From assembly GCA_900696485.1 (NCBI GenBank), contig CAADGG010000013.1, forward strand, positions 124,015 to 188,014: a stretch of DNA of 64,000 nucleotides. The letters run 5' to 3'. Made by a program: the position numbers and the translations under genes. Below the pieces are notes generated by a model, which worked only from the letters and a program-made list of their open reading frames with translations, was not told the origin of the DNA and did no database searches. Positions 17,565 to 27,360 of this stretch are shown here, in pieces (position 1 is the first letter of the stretch; each line of letters starts with the position of its first letter). This DNA is from an uncultured Pseudomonadota bacterium (GTDB lineage: Bacteria; Myxococcota_A; UBA9160; PR03).

Positions 17565-18434
17565 TCATGCGAACAGGAGCGTGCGAAGGGTGGTGTGAGG
17601 GAAAAAGCCGAGCTGGGTGTAGAGCGCGATGGCGGCGGTATTGCCTTCGACGACCGATAGCTGAACGTGGCGGGCGTTCGCCGCGAACGCCTGGCGGCAC
17701 AGCGCCGACACGCCGGCGGCCGCCAGTCCTCCGCGGCGCTGGTCGGGCCAGCTGTAGACGCCTTGCAGAAGCCAGCCATCGACGAGTTGGACGTCGGCGT
17801 AGCCCACCCACACCACGCGCCCCCCGCGCTCTGCCACCAGGGCGCGCTGGTGGCGCGACGTCACCCAGCGGCGGAAGCCGCGCGGATCCCCGAGGAACGG
17901 GTCCGGCCGGTTCTCCTCGCGCAGGCTCGCGCGGGCCGCCTCGACCAGCCGGTCCAGGTCCTGGCGCCCGGCCGGCCGGACCCGCACGCCGGCTGGCGGG
18001 TCGCGCGGTGCGAAGCTCTCAGGCTCGAGGATCAGCGAGATCTCGAGCCGATCGACCAGGGCACGCCGCCGACGCGGAGCGAGTCCTGCCCACAACGGCT
18101 CCACGATCGGCGCCGGGGCGCGAATCAGCCCCATCGACAGGGTCGCCAACGGCCCGACGAGGGCCGTCAGGACGTCGGCGTCGAGTCCGGTTTCGAGCAC
18201 GATCGTCGGCCGGGCGGACGCGAGCCCGACCAGCGTGCCCCCACGCCAGGCCGCGAAGATCTCCACCTCCGGCTCACCCCGTGCGAGCTGGCGCACGAGA
18301 TCGATCAGGAACAACTCGTCGTGGGCTCGGGCGCGCAGTCGGGTCAGGACCGGAGGGCACTCGCGCGGTCGCAGCGCGCGAACCTCCAGACGCGGGCCGC
18401 TGGCCGTCACGGGCGGGTTCGGGACGATCGCCAC
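17565..18434 (-). CDS. GNAT family N-acetyltransferase with an N-terminal extension domain
   Basis: C-terminal 'LQGVYSWPDQRRGGLAAAGVSALCRQA...VVEGNTAAIALYTQLGF' is the acetyl-CoA binding motif A region. Confidence 0.7.
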   Translation of the reverse strand: MAIVPNPPVTASGPRLEVRALRPRECPPVLTRLRARAHDELFLIDLVRQLARGEPEVEIFAAWRGGTLVGLASARPTIVLETGLDADVLTALVGPLATLSMGLIRAPAPIVEPLWAGLAPRRRRALVDRLEISLILEPESFAPRDPPAGVRVRPAGRQDLDRLVEAARASLREENRPDPFLGDPRGFRRWVTSRHQRALVAERGGRVVWVGYADVQLVDGWLLQGVYSWPDQRRGGLAAAGVSALCRQAFAANARHVQLSVVEGNTAAIALYTQLGFFPHTTLRTLLFA

Positions 18435-18487
18435 GCCGGGAGTCTAGTCGCGCCGGCGTCCGGCGTCGGGCGCTCCACGCGCAGCGT

Positions 18488-18703
18488 TCAGTCGAGCACC
18501 GCGAGGACGTGGCCCTCTTCGACGCTCTCTCCTTCGGTCACCCGGATCTCGGAGATCCGTCCGCCACACGGCGCCTCCACGGGAATCTCCATCTTCATCG
18601 ACTCGAGGATGATCAGCGTCTCGCCTTCACTCACGACGTCGCCGGCGATCTTCTCGATCTTCCAGACGTTTCCGGTGATCTGCGCCTCGATCTGCGTCGG
18701 CAT
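18488..18703 (-). CDS. Stand-alone biotinyl/lipoyl attachment domain protein (71 aa)
   Basis: 'GETLIILESMKMEIPVEAP' is an (E/A)MKM-type biotinylation motif. Confidence 0.8.
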   Translation of the reverse strand: MPTQIEAQITGNVWKIEKIAGDVVSEGETLIILESMKMEIPVEAPCGGRISEIRVTEGESVEEGHVLAVLD

Positions 18704-18842
18704 CCGGCTTCCTCCTCGGCCCGCCCGCGGCTTCCCGCACTTCCCTGGCGACGGGCTCTAGCACGCTCCCGCGTCGGCCGGCAACGGCCAGGGGCCTTCG
18801 GTTATCCTGCCCGGTCCGATCTGGCCCCTATGCGGAGATCCC

Positions 18843-20372
18843 ATGCTCGAGACCCTGACCCGAGGCTTCACGACCGCTCGCGAGCGCCTGCAAGGCGTCC
18901 GCGAGTTGTCCGAAGAGAACATCGACGTCGCACTGCAAGAGGTGCGCAGCTCGCTGCTCGAAGCCGACGTCGACTTTTCCGTCGTGAAGGGATTCCTCGC
19001 CCGCGTGAAGGAGCGCGGCCTCGGCGAAAAGGTCCGCACGAAGATTCGCGACAAGAGCGGCAAGCTGCTGCGCGTCAGTCCCGGCCAGCACTTCATCGGC
19101 ATCTGTCAGGAAGAGCTGATCGCGCTGATGGGGCCGGTCGACACGCGTCTCGCGCGCGACGCACGAGGCCTGACGTCCGTCATGCTGTTCGGCCTGCAGG
19201 GCGTCGGCAAGACGACCGTCGCGGCCAAGCTCGCGCGCCACCTGCAACGACAAGGTCGCAAGGTGCTTCTGGTCGCGGCCGACGTGCAGCGACCCGCCGC
19301 CGTGCTGCAACTCCAGCAGCTCGGCGAGCGCATCGACGTCCCCGTCCACGTCGGGGTCGCGGGAGAAGCGCCTCCCGCGATCTGTCGCGCAGCCGCGGAA
19401 CGTGCCAAACGCCAGGGCTTCGATGCCGTGGTCTACGACACCGCCGGCCGCCTCGCCGTCGATGACGAACTGATGCAGGAGCTGGCGGCCGTACGCGCCG
19501 GCGTCGAACCAGCCAACGCCCTGCTCGTCTGTGATTCCCTGATGGGCCGGGACGCCGTGAACGTGGCGCAGGCGTTCTCCGAACAGATCCCGCTCGACGG
19601 GTTGATCCTGACGAAGCTCGACGGCGACGCGCGCGGCGGCGCCGCCGTGGCCGTGAAGGCCGTGACCGGTGTGCCGATCAAGTTCCTCGGCACCGGGGAG
19701 TCGCTGGACCGGATCGAGACGTTCCGCCCCGAGGGTCTGGCATCGCGCATCCTCGGCATGGGCGACATCGTCGGGCTCGTCGAGGACTTCGATGCCGTCG
19801 TCGACGAGCAGGAAGCGGACCAGGCCGAGGAGGACGCCGAGCGGATCCTGAAGGGCCAGTTCGGCATGGACGACCTGCTGAAGCAACTGCGGCTGATCCA
19901 GCGCATGGGCCCGCTGCGCGACGTCATGGCCAAGATGCCGGGGATCGGCAAGCTCGCCGAGCACGTCGACGAGGGAGAGCTCGGCAAGGTCCAGGCGATG
20001 ATCCACTCGATGACGCCGGGCGAGCGCTCGCGTCCGGAGCGCATCGATCGCAGCCGTGCGAGCCGGATCGCCCGCGGCAGCGGCCGACAGCAGAGCGAGG
20101 TGAACGACCTCGTGAAGCGCTTTGCGCAGATGCGCGAGATGATGGCCGCGCTCGGCGGCGGCGGCGCCGGCGGTCTGTTGTCGAAGATCCCCGGCCTCGG
20201 CCGGATGACGCCGGCGGGCGGCGGCTTCGACCCGTCGATGCTCTCCGGCCTCGGCGCCCCGACCGGCCGCTCCCGCCCCCTCAGCGCCACCGCCGAAGCC
20301 CGCCGCCGAAAAGACGCCAAGAAGAAGCGCAAGGACGCGCGCAAGGCGCGGCAGAGGGGGCGACGCCGGTAG
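18843..20372 (+). CDS. ffh: Signal recognition particle protein Ffh
   Basis: N, G and M domains are present: 'GLQGVGKTT', 'DTAGR', 'TKLDGDARGGAA', a Met-rich M domain, and an extended Lys/Arg-rich C-terminal tail. Confidence 0.95.
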   Translation: MLETLTRGFTTARERLQGVRELSEENIDVALQEVRSSLLEADVDFSVVKGFLARVKERGLGEKVRTKIRDKSGKLLRVSPGQHFIGICQEELIALMGPVDTRLARDARGLTSVMLFGLQGVGKTTVAAKLARHLQRQGRKVLLVAADVQRPAAVLQLQQLGERIDVPVHVGVAGEAPPAICRAAAERAKRQGFDAVVYDTAGRLAVDDELMQELAAVRAGVEPANALLVCDSLMGRDAVNVAQAFSEQIPLDGLILTKLDGDARGGAAVAVKAVTGVPIKFLGTGESLDRIETFRPEGLASRILGMGDIVGLVEDFDAVVDEQEADQAEEDAERILKGQFGMDDLLKQLRLIQRMGPLRDVMAKMPGIGKLAEHVDEGELGKVQAMIHSMTPGERSRPERIDRSRASRIARGSGRQQSEVNDLVKRFAQMREMMAALGGGGAGGLLSKIPGLGRMTPAGGGFDPSMLSGLGAPTGRSRPLSATAEARRRKDAKKKRKDARKARQRGRRR

Positions 20373-20601
20373 GAGAACGTCCCGGGCCGCGACGTGCAGC
20401 GAGCCGCAGGCGAGCGAAGGCGGCGTCGGTGGGATCCGGGGACTCTCCTTGCCCGTCATGACCGATTGTCCTTAGACTGGCGGGGAATCTGAGGCGCCGG
20501 ACGTTCCCTCCCCCCTGGACGAAGCCGCCGCCGTGGGACCACGGCCCTCCGGGTCGAGTTCCCGCGTCCCTGCCGCATCGCCGATGCAGAGGTCCGTCCC
20601 C

Positions 20602-22245
20602 ATGCGCAGAGCCATCGTCCTCAGCCTGATCGTGATCCTTGCGACCCCCGCCGCGGCTTCGGCGGGCTCACCGGCGTTCGGCAAGCAACGCAAGCGGGCG
20701 ACCGCACCGGCTCCGCGCGTCGCGCCGCCGCCGGTTGCGGCGCCCACCCCGCCGGCACGAGCGGATCCCGCCCGCGTCGCCGTCTCCTCGACGCTGTTCC
20801 CGCGGCCGGCGTCGATCGAGGCCCGCGTGCGCTTCTGGACTCGCGTCTACAGCGAGATCGAAACCCATGAGGGATTCATCCACGACAACCGGGATCTCGC
20901 GATCGTCTACGACGTCGTGCGCTGGCCGAAGGGACTCTCCGAACGGCAGGCCTCGGCGCGCTACGAGGTGGCCAAGCGGCAGTACAGATCTGTGTTGCTC
21001 CGGCTCGCCGAGCGTCCGCACGATGCGCTCAGCGCCGAAGAGCGCCGGGTGCTCGCCCTGTTTCCGAAGGGTGTCTCACGGACACGACTGGAGCAGGCAG
21101 CCGAAGGGGTCCGGTTCCAACGCGGCCAGGCGGACAAGTTTCGCGCCGGCCTGATCCGGTCCGGACAGTGGACTCCTTTCATCCGAAAGGTCCTGCAGGA
21201 ACGCGGCCTCCCGCTCGAGCTGGCCGCCCTGCCGCACGTGGAATCATCGTTCGATCCGACCGCCCGATCGCACGCCGGGGCCGGCGGGCTGTGGCAGTTC
21301 ATGCCGTCGACGGCCCGCATGTTCAAGCTGCGTGTCGACCACGTGATGGACGAGCGCTTCGACCCCTGGCGCGCCACGGAGGGCGCGGCCGCCCTCCTTG
21401 CCGACAACCATCGTGTCACCGGAACCTGGCCGCTGGCGCTGATCGCCTACAACCACGGACCGGGCGGTCCGCTGCGGGCGATCCGGGAACTCGGGACCCG
21501 CGAGATCGGCGTGATCCTCTCCCGCTACGAGGGGCCGAGCTTCGGCTTCGCGTCGCGGAACTTCTACCCCTCGTTCCTCGCCGCGCTCGAAGTCGACCGC
21601 AACCAGGTCCTGCATTTCGGCCCGCTTCGGCGCCTGCCGACGCTCGATCACGAAGCCGTCGTCACGGACGGCTTCTATTCCGCCCGAGCGATCGCCAAGA
21701 CCTTCGGCGTCGATCTCGGCCTGTTGCGGGACTTGAATCTCGGACTGCGCGAGCCGGTATGGAAGGGCCGACAGCTGGTGCCGAAGGGCGTGACGCTCCG
21801 ATTGCCACGCGTCGACGGCCGGGCACCTGCTGCGCAGCTGCTCGCGTCGATCGCGCAGGAGCGTCGAGCCGAGCAGGTTTCGGGCCGCACCCACATCGTC
21901 GAACGCGGCGACACGATCTCGCGGATCGCCCGCCGCTACGGAGTCAGCGCCCGAGCGCTGGCCTCGGCCAATGGGATCCGGAACCCCCGCGCGCTCCCGG
22001 TCGGACGCCGGCTGCGCATCCCCGGAGCCGTGGAGGCGGCGATCGTCGCCGACTCGGCGAGCCGTCGTCCGCCCGCGAAGGCCGCCGTCGCGAAGACGTA
22101 CACCGTTCGGCGCGGGGACACGCTGTCCTCGATCGCACGCCGGCACGGCACCTCCGTCCGGCAACTGCTGGCGGCCAACAACATCGAGCGTGCGGACCGC
22201 ATTCGCGCCGGCCAGAAGCTGCGCGTCCCGGCCACCGGCGGCTGA
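20602..22245 (+). CDS. Membrane-bound lytic murein transglycosylase (MltD-like): SLT domain plus two LysM domains
   Basis: Signal 'MRRAIVLSLIVILATPAAASA'. SLT catalytic region 'HVESSFDPTARSHAGAGGLWQFMPSTA'. Two C-terminal LysM repeats ('HIVERGDTISRIARRYGVS', 'YTVRRGDTLSSIARRHGTS'). The start could also be 20533 or 20584. Confidence 0.85.
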   Translation: MRRAIVLSLIVILATPAAASAGSPAFGKQRKRATAPAPRVAPPPVAAPTPPARADPARVAVSSTLFPRPASIEARVRFWTRVYSEIETHEGFIHDNRDLAIVYDVVRWPKGLSERQASARYEVAKRQYRSVLLRLAERPHDALSAEERRVLALFPKGVSRTRLEQAAEGVRFQRGQADKFRAGLIRSGQWTPFIRKVLQERGLPLELAALPHVESSFDPTARSHAGAGGLWQFMPSTARMFKLRVDHVMDERFDPWRATEGAAALLADNHRVTGTWPLALIAYNHGPGGPLRAIRELGTREIGVILSRYEGPSFGFASRNFYPSFLAALEVDRNQVLHFGPLRRLPTLDHEAVVTDGFYSARAIAKTFGVDLGLLRDLNLGLREPVWKGRQLVPKGVTLRLPRVDGRAPAAQLLASIAQERRAEQVSGRTHIVERGDTISRIARRYGVSARALASANGIRNPRALPVGRRLRIPGAVEAAIVADSASRRPPAKAAVAKTYTVRRGDTLSSIARRHGTSVRQLLAANNIERADRIRAGQKLRVPATGG

Positions 22246-22281
22246 CTCCGGGAGTGAAAGCCGAGCGAGCGGGCGGGCGGC

Positions 22282-22959
22282 TCAAGCCTGGAAGATCGTC
22301 TCGTCCGGCAGCCGGAGCGCCGTGAGCGGCCCCCCGTACACCGCGCCGGTATCGATCCCGATGCTGTACGGGCGGTTCCAGCGCACCTGGAAGTCCGGAC
22401 GCGGGGTGTGCCCGTACACGACGGTGATCCCGAGTCGATGCGGGACGTCCATCGTCGAGCGATCCCAGAGCAGTTCCTCGGTCCGGGCGCGGCGCAGCAC
22501 CTGCTCCACGTGGTCGGAGCGCGACAGCGCCCGGCCCAGCCCGGCGTGGACGAACAGGAAATCGCCTTCGACATGGTGCAGCTGCAGGGAGCGGAAGAAC
22601 GCCTCGTGCGCCGCTGGCAGCACGAAGTGGCGCGGCCGCGGCGCCGGCGTCTCGAAGTAGTCGTAGGACAGCAACGTCTCGGCGCCTCCGTTGGCGATGA
22701 AGACATCGGCACCGAAATACTGCGGGCCCGACCACCCGAGGAAGTCGAGGAACATCGACTCGTGGTTGCCGAGCAGGAACACGGTCGAGCGCTGCTCGGC
22801 GACGCGGATCAAACGGTCGATCACGCCCTGCGAGTCGGGACCCCGATCCACGTAGTCGCCGAGGAACACCAGGCGGTCCTCGTCGCGCAGGGGCAGCCGG
22901 CTCAGCAGCTCGTCGAGCTTGTCGAGACGCCCGTGGATGTCACCGATCGCGTAGAGCAT
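22282..22959 (-). CDS. Metallophosphoesterase (PPP-family Ser/Thr phosphatase / ApaH-like)
   Basis: 'GDIHG', 'GDYVDRGPDS', 'GNHE', 'GHT'. Confidence 0.8.
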   Translation of the reverse strand: MLYAIGDIHGRLDKLDELLSRLPLRDEDRLVFLGDYVDRGPDSQGVIDRLIRVAEQRSTVFLLGNHESMFLDFLGWSGPQYFGADVFIANGGAETLLSYDYFETPAPRPRHFVLPAAHEAFFRSLQLHHVEGDFLFVHAGLGRALSRSDHVEQVLRRARTEELLWDRSTMDVPHRLGITVVYGHTPRPDFQVRWNRPYSIGIDTGAVYGGPLTALRLPDETIFQA

Positions 22960-22964
22960 GGCGC

Positions 22965-24005
22965 TCAGGCCGATCTCCGGGCCGCGAGCTGCCCGCAGGC
23001 TGCATCGATGTCGGCTCCTCGCGGCCGGCGCAACGTCACGATGACACCGTGACGCATCAACTCGCCAGCGAAGCGGGAGCAGGCCTCAGGGGAAGGCGGC
23101 CGATACGACGAGTCGGCGTGGGCGTTCATCGGAATCAGGTTGACCTTGCTGGGAATGCCGCGGATCCGTCGCGCCAGCTCGATCGCATCGGCCGGAGCGT
23201 CGTTCACGCCTGCGATCAGAGTCCACTCGAAGAACACCGGCCGCCGCGGACCGAGTTCCGGCGCCGCACGCAGCGTCTCGAGCAACAGATCGAGCGGGAA
23301 ACGCCGATTGATCGGCACCAGCACGTCGCGGAGGGCGTCGTTCGCCGCGTGGAGCGACACCGCGAGATTCACCGGAACGGCGCGCAGCAGCGTTCCGAGG
23401 CGCGGCACCACGCCGGCCGTCGAGACGGTCACCTTGCGCGGACCGAGCGCGAAGGCCTTCGGATGCAGCAACAGGCGCACGGCTTCGATGACGCGTGGCA
23501 GGTTGAGGAGCGGTTCGCCCATGCCCATGAACACGACGTTGGTGATTCGCTGGCCGGACGCGAGCGCCTCCTTCATCCGACACACCTGATCGACGATCTC
23601 CGCCAGCGTCAGGTTGCGAGTGAAGCCGAGGGCTCCGGTTGCGCAGAATGAACACGCCAGAGGACAACCGACCTGCGTCGAAACGCACAGCGTCGTGCGC
23701 TCCCCCTCCGGGATCAACACGGCTTCCACGAGAGCGCCGTCGGCGGCGCGCAGCCTGCCCTTCGCCGTCCCGTCGGCCGAGCGCTCGAGGGCATCCCACT
23801 CGAGGGCCCGGATCTGCCACTCGTCGGCGAGCCGCTCCCGCAGCTCCTGCGGCAGATCCGTCCATGCCGCGGGGTCCTCGACGCCGCGCGCGTAGAGCCA
23901 CCTCGCCACCTGCTCGGCACGCCACGGGGCCACGCCGGACCCGGCGAAGCGGGTGCGGAGGGCCGGGATCGACTGATCCTTCAGCTGCGGACGCGGGTCA
24001 GGCAT
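22965..24005 (-). CDS. rlmN: 23S rRNA (adenine2503-C2)-methyltransferase, radical SAM
   Basis: 'CVSTQVGCPLACSFCATG', 'NVVFMGMGEPL', 'LAVSLHA', 'EWTLIAGVND', 'VNLIPMN'. Confidence 0.9.
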   Translation of the reverse strand: MPDPRPQLKDQSIPALRTRFAGSGVAPWRAEQVARWLYARGVEDPAAWTDLPQELRERLADEWQIRALEWDALERSADGTAKGRLRAADGALVEAVLIPEGERTTLCVSTQVGCPLACSFCATGALGFTRNLTLAEIVDQVCRMKEALASGQRITNVVFMGMGEPLLNLPRVIEAVRLLLHPKAFALGPRKVTVSTAGVVPRLGTLLRAVPVNLAVSLHAANDALRDVLVPINRRFPLDLLLETLRAAPELGPRRPVFFEWTLIAGVNDAPADAIELARRIRGIPSKVNLIPMNAHADSSYRPPSPEACSRFAGELMRHGVIVTLRRPRGADIDAACGQLAARRSA

Positions 24006-24059
24006 GCGCTCCTGGAACAGGCCGGCGGAGGGCGGGGCCGCCCCCGCGGCCGGGCGAGG

Positions 24060-24785
24060 CTACGGGAGGCGTTTCGGCTCGTCGACGCCGAAAGGACAGT
24101 CAGCGCGCAACGCCGCCCCCGCCGGCCCGCGCGCCGCTTCGGCCAGGGCCCGCCGCTGGTAGGCCCAGAAGTGCAGCGGCCGACCTTCGGCGCGCCACTC
24201 GCGCTCATAGGCCGTCGGGGGGCGACCCGGGACCTCCGGTCGCCAGCGCGCCGGCGCCCAGAGGTTCTGGAGACGCGCCTCCGCCGCCAACACCGCGTCG
24301 ATGTGTTCGGCATAGTCGACGTCATCGGTTGCGACATGCAGCACGCCGCCGGTCACGAGACGCTCGGCCAGCGCCGCCACCAATGCCGGTTGGATCAGCC
24401 GCCGCCGATGATGCCGTTCCTTCGGCCACGGATCCGAGAAGTTGATCCAGACGGCTTCGAGGGATGCGGGGGAGATCGCTGCGGCCACCACGGACTCCCC
24501 CGGCCCGTGCACCAGCCGCACATTGGTCAGATCCATCCGCGCGAGTCGCCGCGCCATCTTGAGGACACGCTTCCAGGAGACCTCGACACCCACGTGCGAC
24601 ACTTCGGGAGAGGCTTCGGCGAGCGCTTGCAGGAACTCGCCCCGGCCGAAGCCGATCTCGAGCACCATCCGCAGCGGCGGTTGCAAGTCCGGCGCAAAGA
24701 TCTCTTCCCAGCCCTTCGCCTGCACGTCCTCGATCGAGACGCGCCGATCCGGACCCGGAATGTCGTAACGAAGCCGGCGCGCCAT
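24060..24785 (-). CDS. trmB: tRNA (guanine46-N7)-methyltransferase
   Basis: 'LEIGFGRGEFL', 'WINFSDPWPKERHHRRRL'. Confidence 0.9.
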   Translation of the reverse strand: MARRLRYDIPGPDRRVSIEDVQAKGWEEIFAPDLQPPLRMVLEIGFGRGEFLQALAEASPEVSHVGVEVSWKRVLKMARRLARMDLTNVRLVHGPGESVVAAAISPASLEAVWINFSDPWPKERHHRRRLIQPALVAALAERLVTGGVLHVATDDVDYAEHIDAVLAAEARLQNLWAPARWRPEVPGRPPTAYEREWRAEGRPLHFWAYQRRALAEAARGPAGAALRADCPFGVDEPKRLP

Positions 24786-24797
24786 GGCCCCGGTCTA

Positions 24798-24869
24798 GCA
24801 GGCGGCGCAGCCGCTGGCCCGCTGGGTCATAGAGCAGGCGGCGCAGCCGCTGGCCCGCTGGGTCATAGA
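24798..24869. repeat. Perfect 36-bp tandem duplication in an intergenic spacer
   Basis: gcaggcggcgcagccgctggcccgctgggtcataga occurs twice (24798-24833 and 24834-24869), between the sppA stop and the trmB start. Confidence 0.9.
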
Positions 24870-24883
24870 GCCAGTGGGTCGCG

Positions 24884-26509
24884 CTAGCACAGGCGGGTTT
24901 CGAGCCCGACCAGGCGGCGCAGACTGTCGACGGAGGCGCGCCCCGGCAACACATCCAGCACGATGCGTTCCTGCGCGGCGATCCCGGCCCGCGCGCGCGC
25001 CTCGGCGATTGCCTCGAGCGGCCCCCCGAGCGCATCGACGAGCTGCAGCGCGTGCGCCCGCCGGCCGCTCCAGATGCGTCCTCCGGCGATCCGCTCGACG
25101 GCGGCGCGGTCGAGGCCCCTCCCCTCCGCGACGCGGTCCAGGAAGACCTCGTAGATCTCCTCCATCTCGCGCCGGACCGCCGCACGCTCATCCGGCGTGA
25201 AACCGCGCGACGGCGCGGCCAGCCCCGCACGCGCGCCGCGCTCGACGAAGTCGGTTCCGATGCCGAGCCGTTCGAGCAGCCCGCCGGCGTCGAGCTTGCC
25301 GCCGACGACGCCGATCGAGCCGGTGAGCGTGGCGGCTTCGGCGAGCACGACATCCCCCGCCGCCGCGGCGAAGTAGCCGCCGGAGGCCGCCACGTGCCCC
25401 ATCGAGACGATGACGGGCTTCTCCGCCCGAAGCCGGCGGATCGCGCGCCACAACAGATCCGACGCCAGCGCATCCCCGCCCGGGCTGACCATCCGCAGCA
25501 CGACCGCGCGCACCGCATCGTCGTCCCGCAGCTTGCGCAGCAGCGTGACCCAGGACTCCGCCGAGATCCCGCCGAGCCCAACACGGCGGTGGATCGCACC
25601 GGTCGCGGCGACGTACGCAACGTGCGGCAGATCGCGCAGCAGCGGCCGCCAACCCGGATCGGAGACACGCAGCGCGTCGTAGGCGAGGACGTCGACGAGC
25701 CGTGCGCGTGCGGGCCCGCCGCCGGCCGGCGTCTCGCCGGAATCCGGCACCCACTCCGCCAGGGCCTCTTCCACCTCATCGGGATACCGGCACGCATCGG
25801 CGAGACCGGCTTCACAGGCGGCTCGCGCGCCGTACGGCCCGGCGTCGATGCGCGCGCGGACCGCCGCGGCGTCGAGCTGGCGGCCCGCCGCGATCGCCTC
25901 GACGAGTTCCGCGAAGGCGTCCTCGAGATAGGCCTCCTGCTGCTCACGACTCTCCGGCGACATCCCGCCGCGCGTGAACATCTCCGCCGCACTCTTGTGC
26001 GATCCGATCCGCACGGCATCGACGCGAACATCGAGCCGGTCCAGCAGTCCCTTCAGATAGAGCCCTTCGGCGCGCAATCCGACCAGACCCAGCGAGCCGG
26101 TCTCCGGCAACCAGATGCGGTCGGCACCGCTGGCCGCCAGGTACTCGGCCTGTCCGATCCGTTCGCCGTACACCGCAACCGGCTTGCCCGCGGCGCGCAC
26201 GGCATCGAGGACGCGGCGCAGCGCCGCGGCCGCCGCGAACTCTCCGGGCGCGCCGCCGAGCCGCACGAGCACGCCCGCGACGGCGGGATCGCGGGCGGCC
26301 GCGTCGGCGACACGCAGAGCCTCGAGCAGCGTCGGTCCGCGCTCTCGTCGCCAGAACACGCTGAGGGTGCGCGTCTCGTCGAGCGGCGGCTCGAGGCGCA
26401 AGAGTACCCAGAACGGCGCGCGACGTTCGAGCCAGAGCTGTGCGGCCCCCAGCCGCGCCGCGTGCGCGACGTTGCCAGCGAGGCGCCGGAGAGCCCCCGA
26501 ACCGCTCAA
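24884..26509 (-). CDS. sppA: Signal peptide peptidase SppA (S49 family, two-domain type)
   Basis: 541 aa with two ClpP/crotonase-like halves. 'SMGHVAASGGYFAAAAGD' is the catalytic Ser region. Confidence 0.85.
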   Translation of the reverse strand: MSGSGALRRLAGNVAHAARLGAAQLWLERRAPFWVLLRLEPPLDETRTLSVFWRRERGPTLLEALRVADAAARDPAVAGVLVRLGGAPGEFAAAAALRRVLDAVRAAGKPVAVYGERIGQAEYLAASGADRIWLPETGSLGLVGLRAEGLYLKGLLDRLDVRVDAVRIGSHKSAAEMFTRGGMSPESREQQEAYLEDAFAELVEAIAAGRQLDAAAVRARIDAGPYGARAACEAGLADACRYPDEVEEALAEWVPDSGETPAGGGPARARLVDVLAYDALRVSDPGWRPLLRDLPHVAYVAATGAIHRRVGLGGISAESWVTLLRKLRDDDAVRAVVLRMVSPGGDALASDLLWRAIRRLRAEKPVIVSMGHVAASGGYFAAAAGDVVLAEAATLTGSIGVVGGKLDAGGLLERLGIGTDFVERGARAGLAAPSRGFTPDERAAVRREMEEIYEVFLDRVAEGRGLDRAAVERIAGGRIWSGRRAHALQLVDALGGPLEAIAEARARAGIAAQERIVLDVLPGRASVDSLRRLVGLETRLC

Positions 26510-27360
26510 CGGCGGCGATCCGGCGAGCGTGGACTGCTCTCACCGGTCAGGAGCGCGATGCGTCGCTGGATGATCTCGAGCTTGCCACCGTCGTCCCGAC
26601 GCAGGGCTCCGGAAGGCGGGAGTGCAGCGATGGTTTCGCGCGTCGTCACCAGCCGATCTCGCGGTGCCGGATGGCTCGACAGGAATGCCGGCCCCGACGG
26701 CCCTCCCTCCGCGATCAGCGTCTCGAAGAAGCTCGGCAGCCCGTTCGGGTCGTAGCCCGCACGCGGCAGGACATGCACGGCAAAATCATCGGCCTCCCGC
26801 TCGGCCTCACGACCGAAGGAGTTGAGGACGCCGGCCAACCCGAGTCCCGTTGCGAGATTGGCCGCATTGGCCCCGACACTGCCGCCGAGCAGACCGCCGC
26901 CCAGCACCGCGGCGGTGTGCGCGATGCCCGCGGCCCGTTGTTTGCCGTAGTTCTCGGCCACGTGGCGCTCCGCCACGTGGCCGACCTCGTGCGCGATCAC
27001 ACCGGCCAGTTCGGAGACGTTGCGCGCGGCGAGGATCGTCCCGGTATGCACGTAGATCATCCCCGCCGGTCCCGCGAAGGCGTTGATGGTCGGGTCGTCG
27101 ACGACGGAAAATTCATAGCTGAACGGCTGCGGCCCGGCGGCGACGACGACCCGCCGTCCGATCGCATCGATGTAGCGGACGATGACCCGGTCGGTGACGA
27201 GCCGATGCTGGCGCCGGATCTCCGCCTCGAACTGATCGGCGAGCTGCTGCTCCTCCGGAACCGTCAGCGTCGCGCAGCCGGCCGTGACGAGCGCCGCGAC
27301 CGCGATCGCGACGCATCCCAGCGGCCGCCGAACCCGCAGCTCAGAGCAGAGCCGCCGCAT
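26506..27360 (-). CDS. M48 family zinc metallopeptidase, lipoprotein
   Basis: ATG at 27360. Lipobox 'LVTAGC'. 'HEVGHVAERH' is an HExxH motif. Its stop overlaps the sppA start by 4 nt. Confidence 0.8.
   Translation of the reverse strand: MRRLCSELRVRRPLGCVAIAVAALVTAGCATLTVPEEQQLADQFEAEIRRQHRLVTDRVIVRYIDAIGRRVVVAAGPQPFSYEFSVVDDPTINAFAGPAGMIYVHTGTILAARNVSELAGVIAHEVGHVAERHVAENYGKQRAAGIAHTAAVLGGGLLGGSVGANAANLATGLGLAGVLNSFGREAEREADDFAVHVLPRAGYDPNGLPSFFETLIAEGGPSGPAFLSSHPAPRDRLVTTRETIAALPPSGALRRDDGGKLEIIQRRIALLTGESSPRSPDRRR

Noticed and set aside
17567-19465. 632-aa + strand ORF spanning several genes; likewise the 543-aa minus-strand ORF at 18828..20459.
   Set aside because: They overlap the GNAT, biotinyl-domain and ffh genes in wrong frames or on the wrong strand. 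The products are Arg/Pro-rich shadows.
24322-26755. Long ORFs 24322..26031 (-) and 25052..26755 (+).
   Set aside because: They are alternative frames of sppA and trmB. No motifs are present. The 'YDPAGQRLRRLL' x 2 in one of them is just the translated 36-bp intergenic duplication.
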